Positions 18,238 through 28,243 of a stretch of DNA of 64,000 nucleotides are shown here, piece after piece (the stretch's first letter is position 1; the number at the start of each line of letters is the position of its first letter). Made by a program: the position numbers and the translations under genes. The notes beneath the pieces are model-generated. The model did not search any database, was not told the origin of the DNA, and worked only from the letters and a program-made list of their open reading frames with translations. The stretch is from positions 38,950 through 102,949 of the forward strand of contig JAZDHS010000022.1 of assembly GCA_043805735.1 (NCBI GenBank). Direction: 5' to 3'. The stretch is from Candidatus Omnitrophota bacterium. GTDB lineage: Bacteria; Omnitrophota; Gorgyraeia; JAFGHF01.

Positions 18238-19089
18238 TTAGCGGTTATGGTTATTCACCAGCGCATCTCTGAGCGCCTCTTCCATCACTTCCACCGGTGG
18301 CTCGAACTCCAGCCAAATTTTAAAGGCCAGCACTCCCTGATATAAAAGCATCCCCAGGCCGTTAAATACGCCGTGGCAACCCTGGGCCTTAGCCGCCAGC
18401 AAAAGCGACGTTTGCGCCGGGTTGTAGATCAAATCATAAACCAGCATTTTAGAATGAAAAAGATCGGGGTTCAAAATCATCCGGTCATTACGATGCAGCC
18501 CCAGAGGTGTGGCATTAATCAGAAGCTCCGGCGCGTTGCCGAGCAGATCATTTGGTTCCTTGACGCTGTGTATCCAGCACTGGGAAAAATGGCCCTGTAT
18601 TTTATTCACCAAGGCATCGGTTTTTTCCTGGTCAATATCAAATAAGGCAATCTCGGAGGCATTCTGCCGGGCGAGCTGGCTCACCAGTGCCCGGGCCGCG
18701 CCGCCAGCGCCTAAAAGGGCTACGCGTTTATCGGCCGGATTAAACCCGACTATTGTTTTGAGGTGGTAAATAAACCCTAAGCCATCGGTATTAAATCCTT
18801 TGGTAGTCGCGTCCTCATTTACTTTGATCGTATTGACCGCGCCGATGAATTCGGCCTCTTCATCAATTTCATCCAAAAGGGTGAGTATTTTTTCTTTATG
18901 CGGGATGGTGACATTAAAACCACGCACGCCCTGTTTAATTTTTTGACGAAATTTTTCCTCTAAACCTGCCGGCTCGATTTCAAAGAGCTCATAGCGCGCA
19001 TCCAGGCCTAGGGCCGCAAAAGCGGCATTGTGCATCAGCGCCGAATAACTGTGTTTTACCGGAAAACCGATTAAACCAAAAAGTTTCAT
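18238..19089 (-). CDS. aroE: Shikimate dehydrogenase
   Basis: 283 aa, GFPVKHSYS, GAGGAARA motifs. Confidence 0.85.
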   Translation of the reverse strand: MKLFGLIGFPVKHSYSALMHNAAFAALGLDARYELFEIEPAGLEEKFRQKIKQGVRGFNVTIPHKEKILTLLDEIDEEAEFIGAVNTIKVNEDATTKGFNTDGLGFIYHLKTIVGFNPADKRVALLGAGGAARALVSQLARQNASEIALFDIDQEKTDALVNKIQGHFSQCWIHSVKEPNDLLGNAPELLINATPLGLHRNDRMILNPDLFHSKMLVYDLIYNPAQTSLLLAAKAQGCHGVFNGLGMLLYQGVLAFKIWLEFEPPVEVMEEALRDALVNNHNR

Positions 19090-19170
19090 TTTTTAGCCTA
19101 TACTTATTAATATGGGCGAGTAAACCACTCGCCCATAGTCAAGAATTCACCTAGTAAGAAAATACCTGCT

Positions 19171-20682
19171 TTATTTTCTTTGCAGCAGTTTATTAATCGC
19201 ATCTAGATAAGCGCAGGCTGAAGCCTCAATGATATCTGTCCTGGAGGAGTGGCCGAAAATTTCCTTACCCTTGGCCTGTATCGTCAGGCGCACTTCACCC
19301 AGCGCATCCTTACCTCTGGTGACCGCCTGAATCGAATAATCCAGCAGCTTACCCTTAATGCCCGTAATTTTATCGATCGCCTTATAACAGGCATCTACCG
19401 GCCCGTCGCCCCTAGATTCGGCGCTGCGCACCTTTGTTTTCGACCTTAAGGTGATGCGGGCCGAAGGGGTAATTTTATTACCGCTGGTAACTTTCAACTC
19501 GACCAGTTGCCAGATTTTAGGAATGACCGATATCTCTTCTTCAACTAAGGCAATCAAGTCTTCATCAAAGACTTCTTTTTTCTTATCGGCCAGATTTTTA
19601 AAACGCTCGAAAAACAGCTTGTCGATTTGTCCGGCTGAAAGATGAAATCCCAGCTTTCCCAGGCGTTCCGAAAAGGCATGACGTCCCGAATGCTTTCCTA
19701 AAACCAATCCGCCACCAATTGCCAAACCGATGTCTTGCGAGCGCATAATCTCGTAGGTGCTTCGGCTTTTCAGCACCCCATCCTGATGGATTCCTGCCTC
19801 ATGGCGAAAGGCATTCTGCCCGACGATGGCCTTATTTGGCTGCACGACAATGCCAGTGAGTTTGCTCACCAAACGCGAGGTCTTGTAAATCTCCTGAGTA
19901 TTAATCGTGGTAGTTTTATGCAAAAAATCCCGGCGCGTGCGCAGGGCCATCACGATTTCTTCCAACGAGGCATTGCCGGCGCGCTCACCCAGGCCATTGA
20001 CCGTACATTCTACCTGACCGGCGCCACTGGCAATCGCGGCCAGTGAGTTAGCCACACCTAAGCCTAAGTCATTATGGCAATGAACGCTTAATACGGCCCG
20101 ATTAATATTGGGTACATTTTCTTTTATCCCTTTGATCAGCCGACTGAATTCATCAGGGACGGTATAGCCGACGGTATCGGGAATATTAATTGTTTTTGCG
20201 CCGGCTTTAATCGCTGTCTCGACTACCCGATAGAGAAACTCTTTTTCGGTACGCGTGGCATCTTCCGGTGAAAATTCGACATCGTTAACCAAAGTTCGCG
20301 CATATTGCACAAACTCCGCGCTCATGCGCAGGATTTCCTCTTTGGCTTTATTCAACTTATATTGGCGGTGTATTTTGGAAGTGGCTAAAAAAACGTGAAT
20401 GCGTTTACGCCGTGCCGAACACAGCGCCTGGGCCGCGGTATCAATATCTTTTTTAATCGCCCGGGCCAAGGCGCAAATAACCGGGCCCTTAACTTTCTCA
20501 CCCACCAATTTTACGGCCGCAAAATCGCCGGGTGAGGAAATCGGAAAACCGGCCTCGATGACATTAACACCCAATTTGACCAGCTGATGGGCAATCTCTA
20601 ACTTCTTCTGAGTATCCAGGCTTGCCCCGGGCGACTGCTCCCCATCCCTTAAAGTTGTATCAAAAATTATTATTTTTTCCAT
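19171..20682 (-). CDS. leuA: 2-isopropylmalate synthase / (R)-citramalate synthase family
   Basis: 503 aa, DTTLRDGEQSPG, HCHNDLGLGVANSLAA motifs. Confidence 0.85.
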   Translation of the reverse strand: MEKIIIFDTTLRDGEQSPGASLDTQKKLEIAHQLVKLGVNVIEAGFPISSPGDFAAVKLVGEKVKGPVICALARAIKKDIDTAAQALCSARRKRIHVFLATSKIHRQYKLNKAKEEILRMSAEFVQYARTLVNDVEFSPEDATRTEKEFLYRVVETAIKAGAKTINIPDTVGYTVPDEFSRLIKGIKENVPNINRAVLSVHCHNDLGLGVANSLAAIASGAGQVECTVNGLGERAGNASLEEIVMALRTRRDFLHKTTTINTQEIYKTSRLVSKLTGIVVQPNKAIVGQNAFRHEAGIHQDGVLKSRSTYEIMRSQDIGLAIGGGLVLGKHSGRHAFSERLGKLGFHLSAGQIDKLFFERFKNLADKKKEVFDEDLIALVEEEISVIPKIWQLVELKVTSGNKITPSARITLRSKTKVRSAESRGDGPVDACYKAIDKITGIKGKLLDYSIQAVTRGKDALGEVRLTIQAKGKEIFGHSSRTDIIEASACAYLDAINKLLQRK

Positions 20683-20712
20683 TGGTTTTGTCCATAAACT
20701 ATAAACAATAAA

Positions 20713-21705
20713 CTACTTCATCCATGGCATCATTTCCCTTAGCCGCTTCCCCACCTCTTCAATTTTGTGCCCTGCTTCTTTCTTGCGCATCTCGTTAAAT
20801 TTGGGCCGCCCGGCTTCGTTTTCTTTTATCCACTCACGGGCAAATTTTCCCGTCTGCACGTCTTTAAGCATCTTTTTCATTCTTTTTCTGGTCTGATCAT
20901 TTATGATCACCTTGCCACGGGTCATATCTCCATATTCCGCTGTATCGGAAACCCGCTGGCGCATCCCCTGAATGCCATATTGATAAATCAGGTCGGTAAT
21001 CAATTTTAACTCGTGCAGACATTCAAAATAAGCGATCTCCGGCTGATATCCGGCTTCGACGAGAGTATCAAAACCAGCCTTAACCAATTCCGAGGCTCCG
21101 CCGCAAAGTACCGCCTGTTCGCCAAAAAGATCAGTTTCGGTCTCTTCGGCAAAGGTCGTTTCAATAACTCCGGCTCGCGTAGCGCCAATTCCTTTGGCAT
21201 AGGCCAGGCCTAATTGCTTGGCTTGTCCTGAGGCATCCTGAAACACGGCCAAAAGCGAAGGCACGCCCTTACCTTCTTCATACATCCGGCGCACCAACGC
21301 ACCCGGTCCTTTGGGAGCAACCATAAACACATCTACTTTTTTCGGTGGGCGAATTTGCTTAAAGCGGATATTAAACCCGTGCGAAAACACCAGGGCCTTA
21401 GCCTTAGTCAAATGCTCCCGGATCGACTCGTCATAAACTTTCTTTTGGGCATGGTCCTGGGTGAGAATTTGAATAATTTCGGCGCTTTGTGCGGCCTCCG
21501 CGGCTGGAACAGGATTAAAACCGTCTTGTTTGGCTTGCTCATAATTCGGCGTGCCGGGTAGCTCCGAAACAATTACCTGTAAGCCCGAATCGCGCAGGTT
21601 TAAGCCCTGGCCTCTTCCCTGAATGCCATAACCGATAATCGCGATTTTTTTGTCTTTGATTATCCCTAAATCCGCGTCTTTGTCGTAGTAAATCTTTGCC
21701 ATCAT
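20713..21705 (-). CDS. ilvC: Ketol-acid reductoisomerase
   Basis: 330 aa, [19 protein letters not shown]. Confidence 0.9.
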   Translation of the reverse strand: MMAKIYYDKDADLGIIKDKKIAIIGYGIQGRGQGLNLRDSGLQVIVSELPGTPNYEQAKQDGFNPVPAAEAAQSAEIIQILTQDHAQKKVYDESIREHLTKAKALVFSHGFNIRFKQIRPPKKVDVFMVAPKGPGALVRRMYEEGKGVPSLLAVFQDASGQAKQLGLAYAKGIGATRAGVIETTFAEETETDLFGEQAVLCGGASELVKAGFDTLVEAGYQPEIAYFECLHELKLITDLIYQYGIQGMRQRVSDTAEYGDMTRGKVIINDQTRKRMKKMLKDVQTGKFAREWIKENEAGRPKFNEMRKKEAGHKIEEVGKRLREMMPWMK

Positions 21706-21717
21706 TTCCCCCTTGTA

Positions 21718-22191
21718 TTATCGGCTCATGGCGATGCGGCCGGTGCGCACGATTTCTTTAATTTCGAAGTTCTTCAGCAACTCCAAAAACGTATGAATCT
21801 TATTTTGATCGCCGACCACTTCCAGAGTTAGGGCATTAGTCGCGGCCTCATCGATCTTGGCCTCTAAAGTCTGGGCAATTTCCAGAAGCTGTGGACGGAT
21901 CTTTGGCGTCACCACCACTTTGACTAATACCAACTCTCGGTCAATAAAATTTTCGCCAGTCAAATCCTGGACCCTGATCGTATCGACTAATTTGTTCAGC
22001 TGTTTCTTAATCTGCTCGAGGATCTTTTCATCCGGGGCATTGACCACAATAGTCATCTGGGAAACTGTGGGATCATTAGTCGGGCTAACCGATAAAGAAT
22101 CAATATTAAAGCCGCGCGCGGCAAACAAACCGGCCACCCGCGCCAAAACCCCAAATTTATTTTCCACTAAGACCGAGAATATATGTTTCAC
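21718..22191 (-). CDS. ilvN: Acetolactate synthase small (regulatory) subunit. GTG start created at the repeat copy B junction.
   Basis: 157 aa, ACT domain LVENKFGVLARVAGLF. Confidence 0.85.
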   Translation of the reverse strand: MKHIFSVLVENKFGVLARVAGLFAARGFNIDSLSVSPTNDPTVSQMTIVVNAPDEKILEQIKKQLNKLVDTIRVQDLTGENFIDRELVLVKVVVTPKIRPQLLEIAQTLEAKIDEAATNALTLEVVGDQNKIHTFLELLKNFEIKEIVRTGRIAMSR

Positions 22192-22318
22192 CCCGCTCTT
22201 CCTTTCCAGGCATTGCCAATATAAATATTGCCTTTGCTTAATTTCATCTGCATTGCCTAAACCTTTCTGGCTATGCTTATGTTTGTTACGATCGCTTGTT
22301 TAGGAAGGGCGGGGTTCA
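22187..22318 (-). mobile_element. Intergenic TIR repeat, copy B (~131 bp), between the ilvB stop (TGA then TGAACCCC) and the ilvN GTG start
   Basis: Same termini and core as copies A, C and D. Confidence 0.8.
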
Positions 22319-23992
22319 TCAGGCCAGCCCTCCTCCGATCATCCGGTTAATCGCTTCGCCGGCCGGTACCATCGGAAAGACGTTTTCTTCTTTTTCGACC
22401 ACGAAATCGAGAATCACCGGCTTATCCTTGATCGCCAGGGCCTTTTTGAGCGCGGCGCGCACATCCTTTTTCTTATCGATGCGCAATCCCAGCGCGCCAT
22501 AAGCTTCGGCCAGCTTCACGAAGTCCGGGTTAACGAGATTGGTATAGGAATATCTTTTCTTATAGAACAGTTCCTGCCATTGGCGAACCATACCGAGATA
22601 GCTATTGTTCAGGATAGCAATCTTAATCGGCAATTTATTATTCACCGCGGTGGCCAGTTCCTGAATATTCATCTGAATACTGCCGTCTCCGGCAATATCA
22701 AAGACGATCGCCTTGGGTTTTCCCAGTTGTGCGCCGATCGCCGCGGGAAAACCGTATCCCATCGTACCTAGGCCACCGCTGGAAATAAAACTGCGCGGTT
22801 CGATATATTGATAATACTGCGCCGCCCACATCTGATTTTGGCCTACTTCGGTCGTAATAATCGCTTTCCCTTTGGTAAGCTCAGAAATTTGTTCGACGAC
22901 ATACTGCGGACGCAACTTATTGTCGTCTTTATACTTTAAGGGATGCTTTTGTTTCCATTGTTTGACTTTCTCATCCCAGGCCGCAATCTGCGGTTTTTGG
23001 ACGATTTTATTCAACTGGGTCAAAATATTTTTAGCGTCGCCGACTATCGGAATATCCACTTCCACGTTTTTGCTGATTGCCGAAGGGTCGATATCAATAT
23101 GAATAATCTTAGCGTGCGGGGCAAAGGCATCAAGCCGGCCGGTAACACGGTCATCAAAGCGGGCACCCACGGCAATAATTAAATCCGCCTCCATAATCGC
23201 GTGGTTGGCGTAAGCGGTGCCGTGCATGCCAAGCATCCCTAAAGAAAGCTTATGCGTTCCGGGAAAACAACCCAGTCCTAAAAGCGTAGTGGTGACCGGA
23301 ATTGCCGTTTTTTCCGCTAGCTTTCTCAATTCCTCGGAGGCCTCGGAAAGAATCACCCCGCCGCCGGCATAGATAATCGGCCTTTTGCTTTCGGAAATTA
23401 TCTTTGCCGCACGTTTAATCTGTCCGGGATGGCCGGTAATTGTCGGCTTATATCCGCGTAAATCCGGATCCTTCGGATAATGGAATTCACATTCGGCACT
23501 GGCGACATCAGACGGTAAATCAATTAGCACCGGGCCCGGCCGTCCGGTCCGCGCGATAAAAAAGGCGTTTTTGATCGTCTGGGCCAACTCGCGCACATCC
23601 TTGACCAAGTAATTGTGTTTGGTGATCGAACGGGTAACCCCGGTCACATCGGCCTCTTGAAAGGCATCATTTCCGATCAGGTGCGTTTTCACCTGGCCGG
23701 TAATTGCCACTACGGGAATGGAATCCATATAGGCCGTAGCCAAACCGGTGACTAAATTGGTCGCCCCTGGCCCGGAAGTAGCCAGACAGACGCCGACCTT
23801 ACCGGTAGCCCGGGCATAGCCGTCGGCCGCGTGCGCCGCGCCCTGTTCATGCCGGGTCAAAATCAATTTAATCTCGGCATCATAAAGTACATCAAAAATA
23901 GCCAGCACCTGCCCTCCGGGATAGCCAAAAATTATCTTCACCCCTTCGTGCTGCAGGCTTTCGATGAGAATCTTTGCGCCGCTGAGTTTCAC
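22319..23992 (-). CDS. ilvB: Acetolactate synthase large subunit. GTG start inside the right end of repeat copy C.
   Basis: 557 aa, TPP enzyme motifs. Confidence 0.9.
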   Translation of the reverse strand: MKLSGAKILIESLQHEGVKIIFGYPGGQVLAIFDVLYDAEIKLILTRHEQGAAHAADGYARATGKVGVCLATSGPGATNLVTGLATAYMDSIPVVAITGQVKTHLIGNDAFQEADVTGVTRSITKHNYLVKDVRELAQTIKNAFFIARTGRPGPVLIDLPSDVASAECEFHYPKDPDLRGYKPTITGHPGQIKRAAKIISESKRPIIYAGGGVILSEASEELRKLAEKTAIPVTTTLLGLGCFPGTHKLSLGMLGMHGTAYANHAIMEADLIIAVGARFDDRVTGRLDAFAPHAKIIHIDIDPSAISKNVEVDIPIVGDAKNILTQLNKIVQKPQIAAWDEKVKQWKQKHPLKYKDDNKLRPQYVVEQISELTKGKAIITTEVGQNQMWAAQYYQYIEPRSFISSGGLGTMGYGFPAAIGAQLGKPKAIVFDIAGDGSIQMNIQELATAVNNKLPIKIAILNNSYLGMVRQWQELFYKKRYSYTNLVNPDFVKLAEAYGALGLRIDKKKDVRAALKKALAIKDKPVILDFVVEKEENVFPMVPAGEAINRMIGGGLA

Positions 23993-24119
23993 CCCGCCCT
24001 TCCTTTCACGGTATTACCAATATAAACATTACTTTTGCTTAATTTTATCTGCATTGCTTAAACCTTTTTATTCCCGCCTTTGCTTATATGCGTTGCTTGT
24101 TTAGGAAGGGCGGGGTTCA
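23988..24119 (-). mobile_element. Intergenic TIR repeat, copy C (~129 bp). Its first TGA is the ilvD stop; its terminal GGGG+TG forms the ilvB GTG start.
   Basis: Same termini and core. Confidence 0.8.
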
Positions 24120-25769
24120 TTTCAGAATTGCTCCTTCATTGGCCTGCGAGACTAACCGGGCATAACGATATAAGTACCCTTCGCTCACTTTCGGCTGCGG
24201 GGCTTTCCAGCTCGCCAAGCGCTCATTAATCTCCCTCTGGCTTAACTTCACTTCTAATTTGCGATTCGGCAGATCAATAGTAATGATATCGCCGTCCTTA
24301 ATGATCGCTAAAGGACCACCCACGGCCGCTTCCGGGGCAATGTGTCCGATACAAGGCCCGCGCGTACCGCCGGAGAATCTACCGTCGGTAATCAGGGCCA
24401 CGCTTTCGGCCAGGCCCATTCCCACTACGGCCGCCGTTGGTGAAAGCATTTCGCGCATCCCCGGGCCGCCTTTGGGCCCTTCATAGCGGATGACAATCAC
24501 TTCGCCGCGGCGGATTTTACCCTCTAAGATTACCCGCATCGCTTCTTCTTCGGTATTAAAACAGCGAGCGACGCCGCTAAAATGCTGCATTTTCTTGCCC
24601 ACGGCCGACTGTTTTACCACTGCCCCATCAGGAGCAAGATTGCCTTTTAAAATAGCAATACCGCCTTCGCTATGATAAGGATTGCTCAAACGTCGGATCA
24701 CCTCTTCGTTATACACCGGGGCGCTGGCGGCAATTTGCTGCACAGTTTTACCGCTAACGGTAGGCAGATTATGCAATTTATCTTTTAGCCGTTTAAAAAT
24801 GGCCGGTATTCCGCCGGCGGCATCAAAGTCTTCCATAAAATATTCGCCCCCAGGGAGTAAATCGACGATATGCGGCACCTGCCGGCTGATTTTATCAAAG
24901 GTCTCTAAGGTTAAACTCAGGCCAAATTCCCGGGCGATGGCCATAAGGTGCAGCACCGAGTTGGAGGAACCGCCCAGAGCCATATCGACTATAATCGCAT
25001 TTTCCAGGGTCTGTTTTTTCACTATGGTCCGCGGCAAGACGTTACGGCGCACTAACTGCACAATTTGTTCGCCGCTTAAAGAGGCAATTCTATCCTTACG
25101 GGCCGAAACGGCCAAAGCGCTGGCGCACCCCGGCAGAGAAAGCCCGATCGCTTCAGTTAGACAGCTCATCGTATTGGCGGTATAAAGCCCCTGGCAAGAA
25201 CCGGCTCCGGGGCAGGCCTCAATTTCCAAATTATTCAACTCATCCTGGGAGATTTCCCCTTTTTTAAATCTGGCCAGGGCCTCAAAGCTATCCTTCACTA
25301 AAGACAAGCGCCGCTGTTTATATCTTCCTGAAATCATCGGACCGGCCGTAACCACGATCGCGGGGATATTGAGCCGGCCGATAGCCATCAGCATGCCGGG
25401 TGTAATTTTATCACAGTTAGTCAGGCAGACCAACCCGTCAAAACAGTGCGCGCGGACCATCGTTTCCACGCAGTCGGCGATTAATTCCCGGGAGGCCAGC
25501 GAATATTTCATCCCCTGATGGCCCATAGCAATACCGTCGCAGATTCCGGGCACGCCGAAGAAAAACGGCACTCCGCCTCCTGAGCAAACCCCCCGTTCAA
25601 TAAAGCGCTCCAGGCGGCGCATCCCAATGTGCCCAGGTATAATATCGCTAAAGCTGCTAGCCACACCGATAAAAGGCTTGCGCATTTCGGCACGGGTAAT
25701 CCCGGTAGCATAGAGTAAAGCCCGATTACCGGTGCGTTCCAGACCTTTCTTGATTCGATCGCTTCTCAT
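24117..25769 (-). CDS. ilvD: Dihydroxy-acid dehydratase. Its TGA stop is the first three bases of repeat copy C.
   Basis: 550 aa, CDKITPG Fe-S cluster motif. Confidence 0.9.
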   Translation of the reverse strand: MRSDRIKKGLERTGNRALLYATGITRAEMRKPFIGVASSFSDIIPGHIGMRRLERFIERGVCSGGGVPFFFGVPGICDGIAMGHQGMKYSLASRELIADCVETMVRAHCFDGLVCLTNCDKITPGMLMAIGRLNIPAIVVTAGPMISGRYKQRRLSLVKDSFEALARFKKGEISQDELNNLEIEACPGAGSCQGLYTANTMSCLTEAIGLSLPGCASALAVSARKDRIASLSGEQIVQLVRRNVLPRTIVKKQTLENAIIVDMALGGSSNSVLHLMAIAREFGLSLTLETFDKISRQVPHIVDLLPGGEYFMEDFDAAGGIPAIFKRLKDKLHNLPTVSGKTVQQIAASAPVYNEEVIRRLSNPYHSEGGIAILKGNLAPDGAVVKQSAVGKKMQHFSGVARCFNTEEEAMRVILEGKIRRGEVIVIRYEGPKGGPGMREMLSPTAAVVGMGLAESVALITDGRFSGGTRGPCIGHIAPEAAVGGPLAIIKDGDIITIDLPNRKLEVKLSQREINERLASWKAPQPKVSEGYLYRYARLVSQANEGAILK

Positions 25770-25843
25770 ACGCTTCTCCTAATAGTTTTATCACTAGCGC
25801 TTACCGGTAGCTAAGTTACGCCATCACCCGGCAAAAACAATGG

Positions 25844-25872
25844 TATTATACCACGCAAGCGCTAATTGTCAA
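25844..25872 (-). promoter_or_regulatory. Consensus sigma70-type promoter (TTGACA-17-TATAAT) upstream of ilvD, with a ~70 nt leader
   Basis: Coding-strand sequence TTGACAATTAGCGCTTGCGTGGTATAAT. Confidence 0.6.
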
Positions 25873-26996
25873 TACTTATAAACTCTTGGAACACGATTAG
25901 TTATGGAGCAGACAATTTCGTAGGGAATGGTTTTAGACACGCGCGCGATCTCTTCAGTACGCATTTCGGCCTGGCGCTGGCGCCCGATCAGCACTACTTC
26001 ATCGCCAATCTTGACCCCTTTAATGTGGCTGACATCAACCATGGTCTGGTCCATCGTCACTTTGCCGACCACCGGCGCCTTTTGCCCCCGTACTAAAACC
26101 GAGGCCCGGTTGGAAAGAATACGGCCATACCCATCGGCATAGCCAATGGGTAAAGTCGCAATACGTGAGGTTTTTTCGGTAATAAAAGTGCGGCCATAGC
26201 TGATTGACCTGCCTGGCGGCACAGTCTTCAAGAAGCTGATTTTCGTTTTTAGCGCAAGCGCGGGCTTGAGTTTTAAGATCCGGTTAAAATTACGCTTCGG
26301 ATACATCCCGTAAACGATAATCCCCGGCCGCACTAAATTGAAATGTGACTTTTTAAGATCAACCAAGGCAATGCTATTGGCCGCATGCCGGTACTGAAAA
26401 TGGATATTGTTCTCCTGGAGCCTCTGCAATAAATGCTCGAATGACTGCAATTGGTAGTTGGTAAAAAAGTTATCGCGCGAGGCGCTGGCAAAATGCATAT
26501 AAATACCCTCAACGTGAAGATGCGGCATCTTCTTAATTGCCTTGATAAATTCCAGGGCCTCTTCGTGCCAAACGCCAATCCGGCCCATTCCGGTATCGAT
26601 CTTAATGTGCACGGCGGCAATTTTGTTCAGTTCGGCGGCTTTCTTTTCTAATGCGCTGGCCAGTTCGCTATTGCAAAGTGTTAGGGTAATATCGTAAGCA
26701 ATGGCATTGCCCGCCTCTTCCGGTAATACCGAACCTAGAACCAGCACCGGAGGTTTCACTTTAGCCTTGCGCAGCGTAATCGCCTCGTCTAAGGTCGCCA
26801 CCCCCAGGTAGTCCACCCCTAAGGCTTCTAAAGTACGCGATACCGGAATAATTCCGTGGCCGTAAGCATTGGCCTTGACCACGACCATAATTTTAGGCGC
26901 GTTTTTTTTGCCGGCCCCAATTAATTTACGGATGCGCAGCAAATTATATTTAATCGCGCCTAAATCAATTTCTACCCATGTCGGCCGGGACGTCAT
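25869..26996 (-). CDS. alr: Alanine racemase
   Basis: 375 aa, VVKANAYGHG PLP-lysine motif. Confidence 0.85.
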   Translation of the reverse strand: MTSRPTWVEIDLGAIKYNLLRIRKLIGAGKKNAPKIMVVVKANAYGHGIIPVSRTLEALGVDYLGVATLDEAITLRKAKVKPPVLVLGSVLPEEAGNAIAYDITLTLCNSELASALEKKAAELNKIAAVHIKIDTGMGRIGVWHEEALEFIKAIKKMPHLHVEGIYMHFASASRDNFFTNYQLQSFEHLLQRLQENNIHFQYRHAANSIALVDLKKSHFNLVRPGIIVYGMYPKRNFNRILKLKPALALKTKISFLKTVPPGRSISYGRTFITEKTSRIATLPIGYADGYGRILSNRASVLVRGQKAPVVGKVTMDQTMVDVSHIKGVKIGDEVVLIGRQRQAEMRTEEIARVSKTIPYEIVCSITNRVPRVYKY

Positions 26997-27067
26997 TGTT
27001 ATTAAAAGCCCCTCTGTAACGTTAGGTTGTAGGTAATAGGTGATCGGTTGTAGTTTTTTCCTACTAC

Positions 27068-27778
27068 CTACTCCCTACGTCCTACCACCTTTTTGATCTG
27101 GCAATCCTTGGGATAAAGATAAAGCGGCACCAGTCGATCGGCATCGTCGCATTCGCCGCGGGAAAAACGCGCTACACTTAAGTCCACCCCGGCCGGCGCG
27201 CGCGGATACCAATACCTTTGCGGAGCAAAGTGAACCTCGCCGGCATAGCTTTTCTTTATTTGCTGGTCATGAAGCGTCAGCGCGTCGCCTAAAAACAGCA
27301 CATTTTCCGGAAGCCGCGCCAGGAGCGCCTCAAAAGGTAACAGGGCATACGCCAAGATGCGCTTAGGTGCCCCGTTTTTAAAAGCATAAAGGCTGGTATA
27401 AACCTTGTTTTGCTTGGCGTCCACTATCGGGCAGATATAGGCGCACTGTTTTTGCCGGCAGAGTACCTTGGCCCCCTGTGCGAGAATATCCAAACTGGGA
27501 ATTGCCACTACCGGTTTGTTCCAGATATAGGCTAATCCCTTGATCGTGGTAATGCCGATGCGTAATCCCGTAAATGAACCTGGCCCCTTGCCGACAGAAA
27601 AACCGTCAATGTCTTTTAAAGAAAGGCGGGCTTGTTTTAACAGCGCCGCGATATTTAAGGTCAGGCGGGCCGAATGCCGGCGATCGAGCAGCGAATGCCG
27701 CTGCGCCAGCATCTTGCCGTCTCGCGCAAGGCCTAAGCTTAAATATTTACTGGAGGTATCTAAAAAAAGGATGCGCAT
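27068..27778 (-). CDS. tsaB: tRNA t6A biosynthesis protein TsaB (YeaZ)
   Basis: 236 aa, ILFLDTSS...GPGSFTGLRIG. Confidence 0.8.
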   Translation of the reverse strand: MRILFLDTSSKYLSLGLARDGKMLAQRHSLLDRRHSARLTLNIAALLKQARLSLKDIDGFSVGKGPGSFTGLRIGITTIKGLAYIWNKPVVAIPSLDILAQGAKVLCRQKQCAYICPIVDAKQNKVYTSLYAFKNGAPKRILAYALLPFEALLARLPENVLFLGDALTLHDQQIKKSYAGEVHFAPQRYWYPRAPAGVDLSVARFSRGECDDADRLVPLYLYPKDCQIKKVVGRRE

Positions 27779-27784
27779 TGCCGG

Positions 27785-28243
27785 TTAAGTTTTCATTAAA
27801 GCCATAACTTTTTCATAACGTTTGCTCAAAGGGCGCAGGGTAATTGCCCTTTTGGTTGGCCCTTTGAGCTCTAAATGCACCTGCAGATAATCAGGAAGCA
27901 GCATTTTCATTTTTTCCGCCCATTCAATAACACAAACCCCCTGGTCAAAAAGATATTCCTCTACACCTAAAAGCCGGATATCGGCGGTGAGATCTAGACG
28001 GTATAAATCGAAGTGAAACAGCGGAATCCGCCCGGAGTATTCTTTAATTAAGACGAATGTTGGGCTGGAAATTTCTTCTTTTTCCTTCACGCCTAAACCT
28101 AAGGCAATGCCTTTGACCAGTGTAGTCTTGCCCGCGCCCAATTCTCCAATCAGGCCAAGGATATCCCCCGCTTGTAAATGGGTGCCTAAGGCCCGGCCGA
28201 GATCAATCGTTTCTTGTGCAGAATTGGTGGTGAAGTTCATCAA
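27785..28243 (-). CDS. tsaE: tRNA t6A biosynthesis ATPase TsaE (YjeE)
   Basis: 152 aa, GELGAGKTTLVKG Walker A. Confidence 0.8.
   Translation of the reverse strand: MMNFTTNSAQETIDLGRALGTHLQAGDILGLIGELGAGKTTLVKGIALGLGVKEKEEISSPTFVLIKEYSGRIPLFHFDLYRLDLTADIRLLGVEEYLFDQGVCVIEWAEKMKMLLPDYLQVHLELKGPTKRAITLRPLSKRYEKVMALMKT

Noticed and set aside
26996-27068. Imperfect inverted repeat (TTGTAGGTAATAGG ... CCTACTACCTAC) between tsaB and alr with a T6 run
   Set aside because: The T-run lies in the loop or on the non-transcribed strand, so it is not a convincing intrinsic terminator on the minus strand. It is a single occurrence, noted only as possible structure.
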